From Candidatus Saccharimonadota bacterium (GTDB lineage Bacteria; Patescibacteriota; Saccharimonadia; Saccharimonadales; Saccharimonadaceae), in assembly GCA_905372855.1 (NCBI GenBank), contig CAJPQF010000001.1, positions 1,521 to 65,520 of the forward strand: DNA of 64,000 nucleotides. The letters are read 5' to 3'. The notes below the pieces were generated by a model. It did no database searches and had not been told where the DNA came from. It worked only from the letters and a program-made list of their open reading frames with translations. Both the position numbers and the translations under genes were made by a program. This document shows positions 9,919 to 20,018 of the stretch, in pieces. Every line of letters starts with the position of its first letter. Within the stretch, counting starts at the first letter, position 1.

Positions 9919-10938
9919 ATGCGGTTATTCTTAGCGATTTTGTTTGTGATGATTACTTTAGCGTTGATAGCGGTGACGTCAATTTCGCCGCGCCGAACAA
10001 AGCTATCAATGTACGAGTTAGAACGCCGCCGTCGTAAGGGCGACACCGCAGCGGCTGACGAATTACGGCGAATACTACTGCTTGATGATATTGTATCGCT
10101 GCGTAAGGCAACCGAAGCTCTACTACTGGTTCTGGCGGTATTATCGGCAGTATCGGCGTTTGGTTTTTTTATCGGCGTAGCTATTAGCGTGATGACGTCT
10201 TTAGTATATAGTAGAATTGCTCATTTTGACTGGTTGGTGCAGATGGTTGATGGATATTATCGGCGGATAGAGCCGAGATTGCTGACTTTCGTCGAGCGGC
10301 ATCCGCGCTTGGGACAAGTTTTGCGCAGTGTTAATGTGCAGAATGAACCGAATATTCTTAGCTCGCGGGAAGAACTTGAGCATTTGATACGCGAATCATC
10401 GGGAATATTGTCGCTTGAAGAGAAAAAATTAATCAATAATGCCCTGCATTTTCATGAAAAAACCGTCGAAGAGGTAATGACGCCGCGCGGCGTAATGAAT
10501 ACAGTAGCTAAGGAAGATGTGATTGGGCCGTTGCTGCTTGATGAACTGCATAAGACTGGCCATAGCCGCTTCCCGGTGACTGACGGTGATATTGACCACA
10601 TTGTTGGTATTCTGCATATTCGTAGCTTACTGACGCTTGATAACGGTAAGAAAACTAGCCGCGTTGAAACGGCGATGGACAAGAAGATTTACTTTATCAA
10701 CCAAAACCAGAAGCTGGAGCGCGCCTTGTCGGCCTTTATCAAGACGCGGCATCATATGTTTATTGTTGTTAATGATTATCGCGAGACAGCGGGTATCTTA
10801 ACGCTCGAGGATACATTAGAGGCGTTGCTTGGCCGTAAAATCCTCGATGAATTTGATGTAGTTGACGATTTGCGCGTGCTAGCGGCGCGTAATCCGAACA
10901 AAAATAATAAGAGTCCATCGGCTACTGACGTCAAATAA
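9919..10938 (+). CDS. CNNM/CBS domain protein (CorC/hemolysin family)
   Basis: VEEVMTPR, GHSRFPV, GILTLEDTLE; start re-assigned to ATG 9919. Confidence 0.85.
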   Translation: MRLFLAILFVMITLALIAVTSISPRRTKLSMYELERRRRKGDTAAADELRRILLLDDIVSLRKATEALLLVLAVLSAVSAFGFFIGVAISVMTSLVYSRIAHFDWLVQMVDGYYRRIEPRLLTFVERHPRLGQVLRSVNVQNEPNILSSREELEHLIRESSGILSLEEKKLINNALHFHEKTVEEVMTPRGVMNTVAKEDVIGPLLLDELHKTGHSRFPVTDGDIDHIVGILHIRSLLTLDNGKKTSRVETAMDKKIYFINQNQKLERALSAFIKTRHHMFIVVNDYRETAGILTLEDTLEALLGRKILDEFDVVDDLRVLAARNPNKNNKSPSATDVK

Positions 10939-10948
10939 GTTAGTAATT

Positions 10949-10975
10949 TTAGCACTCTTGCACTTCGAGTGCTAA
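10949..10975 (+). promoter_or_regulatory. CIRCE element (HrcA operator)
   Basis: Perfect TTAGCACTC-N9-GAGTGCTAA upstream of dnaJ; -35 TTGCAC lies in the spacer, -10 TATACT 10981-10986. Confidence 0.95.
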
Positions 10976-10994
10976 CGCGCTATACTATAGCAAT

Positions 10995-12110
10995 ATGGCA
11001 AAGCGCGACTATTATGAAGTACTAGGTATCAGCAAAAACGCCTCTGAAGACGAAGTCAAGAAAGCTTTTCGCAAGTTGGCAGTCAAATATCACCCCGACA
11101 AAGAAGGCGGCAGCGAAGAGAAATTCAAAGAGATAAACGAAGCTTACGAAGTTCTCAAAGACAAGCAAAAACGCCAACGTTACGACCAGTTCGGTCATGC
11201 TGGCGTAGGCGGTTCTGGCGGCGGTGCTGGTTACAGCGGTAATCCTTTTGAAGGTTTTGGCGGTTTCGGCCAAGGTCAAAATATTAATTTCGATTTTGGC
11301 GAAGGCTTGGGCGATATTTTCAGTCAGTTTTTTGGCGGGCCGTCAGGGCAATCGCGCCGCAATAGCCGGCCGCGTGGGCGCGACGTTGAAACGCGTGTTA
11401 CTTTGACTTTCGAAGAAGCAGTGTTTGGTAAAGATGTCGAGATTGCGTTAATGATTAACGATGAATGCGAGCATTGCCACGGTACGACCGTCGAGCCGGG
11501 TTTCGAGATGAAAACTTGTCCAGATTGCCAAGGGGCTGGCCAGCGTGTCCGCACAATGAACACGATGTTTGGCCCGATCCAACAAGCGGTAGTTTGCGAA
11601 ACCTGTAAAGGCCGCGGTAAAATACCTGAGAAAGAATGCACAGTTTGCCATGGCTCTGGTGTGCAACGCCGCGAGCAGAAAATCACTGTCAAAATTCCAG
11701 CAGGTATTGATGACGGTTCGACAATTCGTTTGCGCGAGCGCGGTGAAGCGATTGCCGACGGCGACCGTGGTGATTTATACATCAATATTCGCGTTAAAGC
11801 GCATAAGAAATTTACCCGCGAGGGCGATTTGATTCTTAGCCAAGAACATATCGGTATGGTTGATGCGGCACTCGGTACTGAAATCGACGTTGAGACAGTC
11901 GACGGTATAATTACCATGAAGGTACCGGCCGGTACGCAGTCGGGTACTGATTTTAAATTGTCTGGCCATGGTGTCCCGTACCCGCGCAGCGAACGGCGCG
12001 GCGCCCATATCGTTAGCATTATTGTCGATACACCGACTAAACTGTCTAAAAAGCAGCGTGAACTGTTAGAGCAATTCGAAGCCTCTAAAAAACGCGGTAT
12101 TTTCTCGTGA
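10995..12110 (+). CDS. dnaJ: chaperone DnaJ
   Basis: J domain with HPD, G/F region, four CxxCxGxG-type repeats. Confidence 0.97.
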   Translation: MAKRDYYEVLGISKNASEDEVKKAFRKLAVKYHPDKEGGSEEKFKEINEAYEVLKDKQKRQRYDQFGHAGVGGSGGGAGYSGNPFEGFGGFGQGQNINFDFGEGLGDIFSQFFGGPSGQSRRNSRPRGRDVETRVTLTFEEAVFGKDVEIALMINDECEHCHGTTVEPGFEMKTCPDCQGAGQRVRTMNTMFGPIQQAVVCETCKGRGKIPEKECTVCHGSGVQRREQKITVKIPAGIDDGSTIRLRERGEAIADGDRGDLYINIRVKAHKKFTREGDLILSQEHIGMVDAALGTEIDVETVDGIITMKVPAGTQSGTDFKLSGHGVPYPRSERRGAHIVSIIVDTPTKLSKKQRELLEQFEASKKRGIFS

Positions 12111-12163
12111 GGCACGGGCTTTTAACTTGCCGTCGTATATAGACGACATGATAAAATAAAAGC

Positions 12164-12652
12164 ATGACTTTTACTATCGTTCTAGCAATAGTCTTTGGCG
12201 TGTTGTTTTTGTTGGCATATATGACGCGCCGGCGATTCGGCGTATTGACGCTAGCGCTAGCAGCTGGTTCAATCTTGGCTGATTTGTGGAGTAGCGAGGC
12301 AACGCCATACGTTGCTAATCTCGGCATTGTCATCATCCGTCCGCCGTTAGTAGATGTGGTGGCGGTTATATTAACTCTAGCACCTTCACTGATATTATTA
12401 TTCAGCGGGCCGGCGGCTAGTAACAAATTTCAGCGAATTGGCGGGTCAGTGATATTTGCAGTGTTAGCTGTGGTATTAATGTTTGAGCCGCTAGAAAATG
12501 CGCTAGTGATTGATGAGTTCGGCAAGCAAATCGTCAGCCGTATTAATGCGTCTTATGCTATTATCGTGACGGTGTGCCTGGTGCTGTCGATAATTGATGT
12601 GTTGCAAACTCATGTGCGGCGCAACGAATCAAAAAAGAAGAGTAAAGAATAA
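12164..12652 (+). CDS. multi-TM hypothetical protein
   Basis: About five hydrophobic segments. Confidence 0.7.
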   Translation: MTFTIVLAIVFGVLFLLAYMTRRRFGVLTLALAAGSILADLWSSEATPYVANLGIVIIRPPLVDVVAVILTLAPSLILLFSGPAASNKFQRIGGSVIFAVLAVVLMFEPLENALVIDEFGKQIVSRINASYAIIVTVCLVLSIIDVLQTHVRRNESKKKSKE

Positions 12653-12667
12653 AGACAGCTAAAAAAT

Positions 12668-12704
12668 AAAAGACCTTCACGCTGAGGAGGTCTTCTTGTT
12701 TTTT
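12668..12704. terminator. bidirectional intrinsic terminator
   Basis: AAGACCTTC/GGAGGTCTT stem flanked by A and T runs between convergent genes. Confidence 0.65.
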
Positions 12705-12708
12705 AAAA

Positions 12709-12785
12709 TGGAGGGCCCAGTGAGGCTTGAACTCACGACACCCTGCTTAAAAGGCAGGTGCTCTAACCAGCTGAGCTATGGGCCC
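12709..12785 (-). tRNA. tRNA-Lys(UUU)
   Basis: Cloverleaf GGGCCCA...TGGGCCC-T-CCA with anticodon TTT. Confidence 0.95.
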
Positions 12786-12844
12786 GAGTGAATCTTACTA
12801 TACAGTTTGCGGCGAGTCGTGTCAAGCTATGCTACTATCGAAAT

Positions 12845-14284
12845 ATGAGATGGTTGGGCGAGCGGCTTCATCCAATGTGGCATATTGCCGCTTTATGCTA
12901 CGGGCTAGTTAGCGGTGTGGTATTGGCGCAATGGTGGAGTGGGGCTAGCTGGTGGCTAATTATTGCGTCCATTCCGCTGATTAGTTTAGTTTTTTGGCAG
13001 CGGCGGCGGATTTTGTTAATTTTAACTCTAGGCGCGGGGCTGTTGATCGGACTGGCTCGCGGCTCTAGCGATCAAGCGCAGTTACAGTTATATAAACCGT
13101 TGTATGGTCAGTCGGTGCGATTAACTGGAATAGTGCGGGATGACGCAGATAACGTAGCTGGTAGTACTAGACTGCAAATAACTTATATCAAAATGGGCGA
13201 GACGTCTTTACCTGGCCAAATTTGGTTGTCGCTGCGCGGTAATTCAGCAATTAAACGCGGTGACGAACTTGCTTTGCGCGGTGTATTGAAGCCGGGTTTT
13301 GGCAATTTCGCGGCAGTATTAGCAAGGGCGAAGCTTGACAGTGTCAAGCGAACATCTGGCGGCGATCCAGCACTAGAGTTGCGCGATACTTTTGCTGATG
13401 GCGTACATAAAGCGGTTGATGACCCAGCGGCTAGTCTAGGGATTGGCTTTTTATTAGGTAAGAAAAGTATGCTGCCAGAGGATTTGCTAGAGGCTCTGAA
13501 GATTGCTGGTCTGACCCATATCATTGTAGCGAGCGGCTACAATTTAACAATTCTGGTACGTTTGGCGCGGCGGCTATTCGCAAAAATATCAAAATATTTA
13601 GCGACACTAGTTAGCTGTAGCTTGGTGCTGGGTTTTATCGCTATGACTGGCGCTAGCCCGAGCATGGTGCGCGCTGGGCTTGTTACAGGATTAAGCCTGC
13701 TAGCATGGTATGTTGGTCGAAAATTTCATCCAGTTGTTTTGCTGGGGCTAGTATCGGTAATAACGGTATTGTGCAATCCGAGTTATGTTTGGGGTGATAT
13801 GGGTTGGATGCTAAGTTTTGCAGCGTTTGCTGGTGTGATTATCGTGGCGCCAGTATTGACGGCTTATTTCTTCTCGGCCGATAAAGTTCCAGCTATCATT
13901 CAAATTTTGTTAGAAACGTTAGCGGCACAGCTGGTAACTGCACCGATTATTATGGCGGCCTTTGGGCAGTTGAGTATAATTTCGTTGTTGGCGAATATCC
14001 TGGTTGGTCCGTTTATACCGTTGGCGATGTTGCTAACATCAATAGGTGGCGTTAGCGGATTGATCGTTCCAGCGATAGCGCACATCATTGGCTGGCCAGC
14101 GCAGATGATGCTTGATGCGATGATTGCAGTAGTGAATTGGTGCGCCGAGCAATCTTGGGCTGCAGTTGAGCTGCAAGTACCGTGGTGGATAGCGGTGCTA
14201 TGGTACGGTTTGATAATTGCGGCAGTATGGTTTATGAAATGGCGTAGCGGCTATCGATTGCGCGACGCTTCGATAGTGACATAA
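12845..14284 (+). CDS. comEC: ComEC/Rec2 competence channel (no C-terminal MBL domain)
   Basis: GLTHIIVASGYN, SPSMVRA, GWMLSFAA; many TM segments. Confidence 0.9.
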   Translation: MRWLGERLHPMWHIAALCYGLVSGVVLAQWWSGASWWLIIASIPLISLVFWQRRRILLILTLGAGLLIGLARGSSDQAQLQLYKPLYGQSVRLTGIVRDDADNVAGSTRLQITYIKMGETSLPGQIWLSLRGNSAIKRGDELALRGVLKPGFGNFAAVLARAKLDSVKRTSGGDPALELRDTFADGVHKAVDDPAASLGIGFLLGKKSMLPEDLLEALKIAGLTHIIVASGYNLTILVRLARRLFAKISKYLATLVSCSLVLGFIAMTGASPSMVRAGLVTGLSLLAWYVGRKFHPVVLLGLVSVITVLCNPSYVWGDMGWMLSFAAFAGVIIVAPVLTAYFFSADKVPAIIQILLETLAAQLVTAPIIMAAFGQLSIISLLANILVGPFIPLAMLLTSIGGVSGLIVPAIAHIIGWPAQMMLDAMIAVVNWCAEQSWAAVELQVPWWIAVLWYGLIIAAVWFMKWRSGYRLRDASIVT

Positions 14285-14343
14285 CAGGGATCGTTTGTTA
14301 TTATATTAAGTAAGTATTTATCATAAACTAACGAGGAGTAGTC

Positions 14344-15069
14344 ATGTCAGGACATAGTAAATGGGCGACAACACATCGCCAAAAAGCCGCTGTTGACGCT
14401 AAACGCGGTGCGATTTTCACTAAAATTGGCAACCAGATCGCTATCGCAGCGCGGGCTGGTACTGACCCTACGATGAACTCTAGTTTAGCGATGGCTATCG
14501 AAAAAGCTAAGGCGGCAAATATGCCAGCTGCTAATATTCAGCGGGCGATCGACCGGGTTGCCGACAAAAATTCAGCAGCGCTAGAGGAAATTACTTACGA
14601 AGGTTATGGTCCTGGTGGCGTAGGAATTATCATTGAAACAACAACTGATAACCGTAACCGAACTTTGCCAGAGGTGAAATTGGCTTTAACTAAAAACGGC
14701 GGTTCAATGGCTGATGCTGGCAGCGTGATGTTTCAATTTGACCGCAAAGGGGTCATTCGAGTGGCAGCAAGCGGCGAAGAAGCATTATTGCAAGTACTTG
14801 ACGCTGGCGCCGAAGATGCCGTTGAGGCTGATGGTAAACTAATTGTCTATACTAGCATGAAAGATTTAGCGAGCGTTCGTAAGGCGTTGCTCGATGCAGG
14901 TATGACCATCGAGGAAGCCGAGTTGCAATACATTGCCAAAAATGACGTGCCTATCAGCGATGCCGAAACCGCTCGCAAAGTAATAAAAATTATTGACGCA
15001 CTTGATGATCTTGACGATGTGGTAAACATCTACACAAATGCTGACATTACTGTTGACATTGACGATTAG
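14344..15069 (+). CDS. yebC: YebC/PmpR family protein
   Basis: MSGHSKW, YEGYGPGG, TDNRNRT. Confidence 0.95.
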   Translation: MSGHSKWATTHRQKAAVDAKRGAIFTKIGNQIAIAARAGTDPTMNSSLAMAIEKAKAANMPAANIQRAIDRVADKNSAALEEITYEGYGPGGVGIIIETTTDNRNRTLPEVKLALTKNGGSMADAGSVMFQFDRKGVIRVAASGEEALLQVLDAGAEDAVEADGKLIVYTSMKDLASVRKALLDAGMTIEEAELQYIAKNDVPISDAETARKVIKIIDALDDLDDVVNIYTNADITVDIDD

Positions 15070-15137
15070 TTGACTTTTAAGCTTGCCTTCATGTAGATTA
15101 TAAGTATACATGGTATTTATAATTGCTAGGAGGCCTG

Positions 15138-16979
15138 ATGCGATGTCTAAAACTCGTCATTTTGATAGCAACTATAACTCTTCAGCCAGTATTTTCAGGG
15201 TTGGCAGCGGCAGATGCTGTATCGACGGCGGCTGTTTCGCCAGATAACACGCTAAGCATTGCGAACGAAAACAATAGCGAGAATTTACCAACCACTAAAC
15301 AAGAGGAAAAACTCGGTAAGTCCAACGAGCCGCTAATTAATAAAGAAAACTCTAATTCACTGCCAGCTGCGAACGATGGGAAGACACTCCCGCGGCAGAC
15401 TGCTGAAAACAAAACCGCTGCCAAGCCTGCTGAAATCTCGCCGTCGGTCCCGTCAAACTCTACTAATGCCAGCGAAACTGTAGATAAAATAACAACATTG
15501 CCGTCACCAGTGTTAGTAGAAAATGGTGTTGTAGTCTCGGCGTTTAAAACTGATCCAAAATACGGCTATACGGCAATAGAACTTTACAATACTAGTGATG
15601 AATTCTTCAATTTAGGACAGATATCGCTAGAACTACGTTACGCAACAGCGGAAGCTGATTTTGTTTGTAATGCTAAATTGCGAGATTATCTGCGGCCAAA
15701 AAGTTATTTAACGCTGTACAACTCGAACGTATCGCCTACGGATGATACATTGCTTTTAGCGGGCTGTCCAACTCCAAATAGTGATGCTTTGTATGACAAA
15801 GAGATAAATGTTTATCAAGCTGGCCAGCTGGTTGAGGCGGTTCGAATTAACAATACCGATCTCGGCAAATATCAAAATGATATTTGGGAGCGTAAAGGCT
15901 GGAGTAAGTCTTATCGAACTGGTGTCTTTAAAACTGATTTTCGTAAACGAGCGACTGGCAATATGATATCAAGTGATTTGTACCGTTTGCCGTCGACGCC
16001 AACTTTACAGATTCTAGAAATTTTACCGAATCCAGCAGATTGTGCTACGGCTGACCCGAACCTTGCTTGTCATAGCTACGTCAAGGTTAAAAATATTGGT
16101 CAAAGCCCAATAGACTTATCGTCATACCGCTTGCGCAGCGGCAACCAAGAGTTGTCAGATTCTACTAATAATCTTTCGAAGTTATCGGGCATGGTTCTGC
16201 CGGGTAAAATCTTTCTTATATCGGGGAAGACGCTGCATCTTGACAAGACATCCGGAACAGTGTGGTTGCAAGATGCCAACGGGTTAACTACCTATAAGAA
16301 CGGCGTGATACCGTATGAGAAAGCTGATAGTGCTAGCAACAAAGGGCGATCTTGGGCGTATGATGCTAAAACTGCGACTTGGCGCTGGGCGACGCCGAGT
16401 CCAGGTAGCGAGGGCAATGATTTTACGCCTAAACTTAATTATGGTAAGGGTAGCCTGAAAGCGTTGTCGGCTAAACCAAAAATAAAAATATTGAAACCAT
16501 GCCGCGATGACCAATATCGCAGCGAAGAGACTGGCCGCTGCCGCAATATTGTTCAGAACAAGAAAAAAACCGTTGTCTTGAAACCTTGCAAAGAAGGTCA
16601 ATATCGCAGCGAGGAGACCGGGCGTTGTCGTTCAATTGCCAAGGCGGCTGCAGCGGTTCTGAAACCGTGTAAAGAGGGCCAATTCCGTAACCCAGAAACT
16701 GGCCGCTGCAAGAAGATTGCTTCTGTTGATGATCTACCCAAACCGTGCAAAGAGGGCTGGGAGCGCAATCCTTCAACTGGCCGCTGCCGCAAAATCAAGA
16801 AAGCTAATAATACATTAGCGGCTTATCCAGTACAGCCAGTAACAGTCCAGCAAACTAATCCAGCAGTGTGGTGGACGATTGGCGGACTGGCTTTGGCGGG
16901 TGTTAGTTATGGTGTCTGGGAATGGCGCGTTGAAATTAAGCGCGGCTTGAAAAAAGCTATTCGATTTAGCAGGAAGTGA
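15138..16979 (+). CDS. secreted lamin-tail-domain-like protein with four Cys-pair repeats and a C-terminal TM anchor
   Basis: Signal peptide; IELYNTSD and ILEILPNP..YVKVKN..PIDLSSYRL LTD-like segments; KPCxxxxxRxxxTGRC x4. Confidence 0.7.
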   Translation: MRCLKLVILIATITLQPVFSGLAAADAVSTAAVSPDNTLSIANENNSENLPTTKQEEKLGKSNEPLINKENSNSLPAANDGKTLPRQTAENKTAAKPAEISPSVPSNSTNASETVDKITTLPSPVLVENGVVVSAFKTDPKYGYTAIELYNTSDEFFNLGQISLELRYATAEADFVCNAKLRDYLRPKSYLTLYNSNVSPTDDTLLLAGCPTPNSDALYDKEINVYQAGQLVEAVRINNTDLGKYQNDIWERKGWSKSYRTGVFKTDFRKRATGNMISSDLYRLPSTPTLQILEILPNPADCATADPNLACHSYVKVKNIGQSPIDLSSYRLRSGNQELSDSTNNLSKLSGMVLPGKIFLISGKTLHLDKTSGTVWLQDANGLTTYKNGVIPYEKADSASNKGRSWAYDAKTATWRWATPSPGSEGNDFTPKLNYGKGSLKALSAKPKIKILKPCRDDQYRSEETGRCRNIVQNKKKTVVLKPCKEGQYRSEETGRCRSIAKAAAAVLKPCKEGQFRNPETGRCKKIASVDDLPKPCKEGWERNPSTGRCRKIKKANNTLAAYPVQPVTVQQTNPAVWWTIGGLALAGVSYGVWEWRVEIKRGLKKAIRFSRK

Positions 16980-16990
16980 TCCATACCAGT

Positions 16991-17470
16991 ATGCGAATCA
17001 TCGGAATTGATCCTGGTACAGGTATTCTCGGATTTGGCGTAATTGATGTTAACGGCGGTAGAATGAGGCTGGTTACGGCTGGAGTGATCACTACGCCAGC
17101 ACACACGCCATTACCAGATCGCCTTGAAGAGATCTACTCAGGTTTAACCGATATTATTAAAGAGACACGGCCAGATGCTATGTCAGTTGAGAAGTTGTTT
17201 TTTACTAAGAATATTACGACAGCAATCAGTGTCGCCGAGGCGCGCGGTGTAGCAATATTGACAGGCCGCCAAGCGAAATTGCCAATTCACGAATACACGC
17301 CGAATGAAATCAAAAAATCAATCACTGGTTATGGTGCTGCCAAAAAGCCGCAAATTCAAGAAATGGTGCGTATTCAGCTAGGTTTGCAAGAGGTGCCGAA
17401 GCCTGATGATTGCGCTGACGCATTGGCGGCAGCTTTAACGCATGCGTTTATGAGCCGTATTGAAGCGTAA
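16991..17470 (+). CDS. ruvC: Holliday junction resolvase RuvC
   Basis: IIGIDPG, VEKLFF, PDDCADALA. Confidence 0.95.
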   Translation: MRIIGIDPGTGILGFGVIDVNGGRMRLVTAGVITTPAHTPLPDRLEEIYSGLTDIIKETRPDAMSVEKLFFTKNITTAISVAEARGVAILTGRQAKLPIHEYTPNEIKKSITGYGAAKKPQIQEMVRIQLGLQEVPKPDDCADALAAALTHAFMSRIEA

Positions 17471-17486
17471 GGTGATATAATGGTAA

Positions 17487-20012
17487 GTGATGCAGATACA
17501 AAAGCAACCGCCGCGTTTATCGCGCTACGCTAACATAGGTCGTAAGAAATCTCCAGTTCGTAAGGTTCATCGCCAGCCGACAGGTAAGTTTGGTAAACTA
17601 GTCGCTTGGTGGCAAGGATTGTCGCGCAAGCAGAAGGTTGCCGTTGTTGGCGGTCCTATTCTAGCGATCATGATTATCATACCGGTGGTAACATACATCA
17701 TGCTGGCTAATGATATCCGCGACGTTGAACGTTTGATGAACCGTAATAATACTGGAATTGTTCTAAAAGACAGAAATGGTAAGACTTTTTATAGTATTGG
17801 TCGGGCCGAGAAACGTAATATCGTGAAACTCGACCAGATATCTGATCATATGAAGAATGCTTTATTGGCGAGCGAGGACAAGGATTTTTATAAACACGGC
17901 GGATTTAATCTTTTTAGTATCGCTAGGGCGGCAGTGACGCGGCATGGCGGAGGTTCAACTATTACCCAGCAATTGGTTAAGAATACCTTGCTAAGCGACG
18001 AGCATAGTTTGATGCGTAAATATCAAGAGTTCTTCATGTCGATTGCTGTCGAGCAAAACTATTCTAAAGACGAGATTCTCGACATGTATCTCAATTCGGT
18101 CTATTTTGGTGAAAACGCTTTTGGTATAGAGGATGCGGCTAAGACTTATTTCAATAAAACACCGAAAGAACTAACTCTGGCAGAAAGCGCTATGCTGGTT
18201 GGCGTATTGCCGGCACCGAGCAGCTACTCGCCGATTAGCGGCAGTGCTGAATATGCTAAAGAACGGCAAAAAACAGTGCTCAGTCGAATGGTAAAAGAGG
18301 GCTACGTCACCGAAGCGCAAAAAACAGAGGCTTTAGCCCAGCAATTGGCCTATGCACCGCCGTCAACGCAGAATGATAGCGTGGCGCCGCATTTTGCTGA
18401 AATGGTGGTGGCTGAGCTCAGCGATAAATATAGCTCTAAAAAAGGCGGCTACGAAAAAGATGGTTACGAAAAAGTTATGCGTTCTGGTTATCAAGTCACA
18501 ACGACGCTAGATATTGATATGCAGAATACCCTCAAAGACAACATCAGTAAGCAAATGAGGCATATTAATCGAATGGGCGGCTCTAATGCCAGCGGAGTTG
18601 TCGTTGATCCAATGACTGGTGAAATTCGAGCTTTGGTTGGTAGTGCTGACTATAACAACGAAAAATGGGGCAAGGTTAACATGGTAACGACTAGGCGCCA
18701 GCCAGGTTCTAGCTTCAAGCCGATTTATTACGCAGCAGCATTGGCAGACGGCGTGATTACGCCAGCGACTATTTTGCAAGATAAAGTTAAGGATTTCGGC
18801 GGCGGCTATGTGCCGCGCGATGCTGATAAAAATGAAGCTAGCCGCGGTGGTAGTGCTACGGTGCGTCAAGCACTTAACTGGTCGCTTAATATCCCAAGCG
18901 TTGAGGTTATGCAAAAATACGGCATTTCTCGTTCAGTAACAGCTGCTAACAGTATGGGCATTTCCTCTATTAAGAAAGGCAATCACGGCTTATCGTTGGC
19001 GCTTGGTTCAGCCGAGGCATCTTTGCAGGATATGGTGCATGCTTATACTGCTTTCGCTAATGGCGGCAAGCAATATGATATTACTAAAATTACTCAGATT
19101 GACGATAAATACGCTAAAACAATCTACAAACACGAGGGCAAGTCTAAGCAAGTTATTAGCGCTCAGGGGGCTTACCTAATCTCAGATATTCTTAGCGACA
19201 GAACAACCCGCGCACGCATCTTTGGTTCGTCAATTACGGTTAACGGTAATCATACTGTTGCTGTTAAAACTGGTACTACCAACGACAACCGCGATGCTTG
19301 GACGATTGGCTATAATCCGCAATACGTTGTTGGTGTTTGGGTTGGCAATAATGATAACTCTGCTATGATTAGCGGTGGTAGCGACATGGCTGGGCCGATT
19401 TGGAAGAGTACGATGACGTCGCTATTGTCAGGCAAGCCAGATGTTAAATTCACTCTGCCGAGCGGTATCGTTCAGCGCGCTGTCTGTAAGGACAAGGGCG
19501 GCTTGGCGGCGAAAGCTGGCGCTAATACTTATAATGAATACTTTATGAGCGGCGCTCTGCCGACTGAATCGTGTAATTCCGAGCCAGCTAAAGTATCTGT
19601 TTGTAACCTCTCTACTGGCAAGGTTGAAACTATCGATGAGGATAAGTTTGACTCGACGAAATATTCAAAAGATACTGCTAATTGTAAGGCGCCGACGATT
19701 ACCGTTTGCAACCTCTCTACCGGCAAGGTTGAAACTATCGACGAAGCTAGCTTTAACTCGACAAAATACTCGAAAGACACTGCTAACTGTAAAAGCACAA
19801 ATGCTAAAGTCGCAGCTTGTGATCTCAAGACAGGCTCAGTAGTTATGGTCGATAAAAGTAAAATCGACGGCGTGAACTACAGTAAAGATACTAGCAATTG
19901 TGCGGCTGCTGGCGGAAACGATAATAGTGGCGGCAGCTCGGGCGATTCTGGCGGTAGCAATAATGGCGGCAATAATAGTAATAATCCTGGCGGTAACGCA
20001 ACGTCGCCATAG
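17487..20012 (+). CDS. class A penicillin-binding protein
   Basis: GT motifs EDKDFYKHGG, GSTITQQLVKN, RKYQE; TP motifs SSFK, SLN, KTG. Confidence 0.95.
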   Translation: MMQIQKQPPRLSRYANIGRKKSPVRKVHRQPTGKFGKLVAWWQGLSRKQKVAVVGGPILAIMIIIPVVTYIMLANDIRDVERLMNRNNTGIVLKDRNGKTFYSIGRAEKRNIVKLDQISDHMKNALLASEDKDFYKHGGFNLFSIARAAVTRHGGGSTITQQLVKNTLLSDEHSLMRKYQEFFMSIAVEQNYSKDEILDMYLNSVYFGENAFGIEDAAKTYFNKTPKELTLAESAMLVGVLPAPSSYSPISGSAEYAKERQKTVLSRMVKEGYVTEAQKTEALAQQLAYAPPSTQNDSVAPHFAEMVVAELSDKYSSKKGGYEKDGYEKVMRSGYQVTTTLDIDMQNTLKDNISKQMRHINRMGGSNASGVVVDPMTGEIRALVGSADYNNEKWGKVNMVTTRRQPGSSFKPIYYAAALADGVITPATILQDKVKDFGGGYVPRDADKNEASRGGSATVRQALNWSLNIPSVEVMQKYGISRSVTAANSMGISSIKKGNHGLSLALGSAEASLQDMVHAYTAFANGGKQYDITKITQIDDKYAKTIYKHEGKSKQVISAQGAYLISDILSDRTTRARIFGSSITVNGNHTVAVKTGTTNDNRDAWTIGYNPQYVVGVWVGNNDNSAMISGGSDMAGPIWKSTMTSLLSGKPDVKFTLPSGIVQRAVCKDKGGLAAKAGANTYNEYFMSGALPTESCNSEPAKVSVCNLSTGKVETIDEDKFDSTKYSKDTANCKAPTITVCNLSTGKVETIDEASFNSTKYSKDTANCKSTNAKVAACDLKTGSVVMVDKSKIDGVNYSKDTSNCAAAGGNDNSGGSSGDSGGSNNGGNNSNNPGGNATSP
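19593..19901 (+). repeat. three ~35-aa Cys-bracketed repeats at the PBP C-terminus
   Basis: VCNLSTGKVETIDE..F.STKYSKDTANC twice (105-bp period) plus a diverged third copy. Confidence 0.9.
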
Positions 20013-20018
20013 CTGATT

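Noticed and set aside
11324..12115. 263-aa antisense ORF and the many other overlapping shadow ORFs
   Set aside because: They lie opposite or within well-supported genes and have no motifs or start signals
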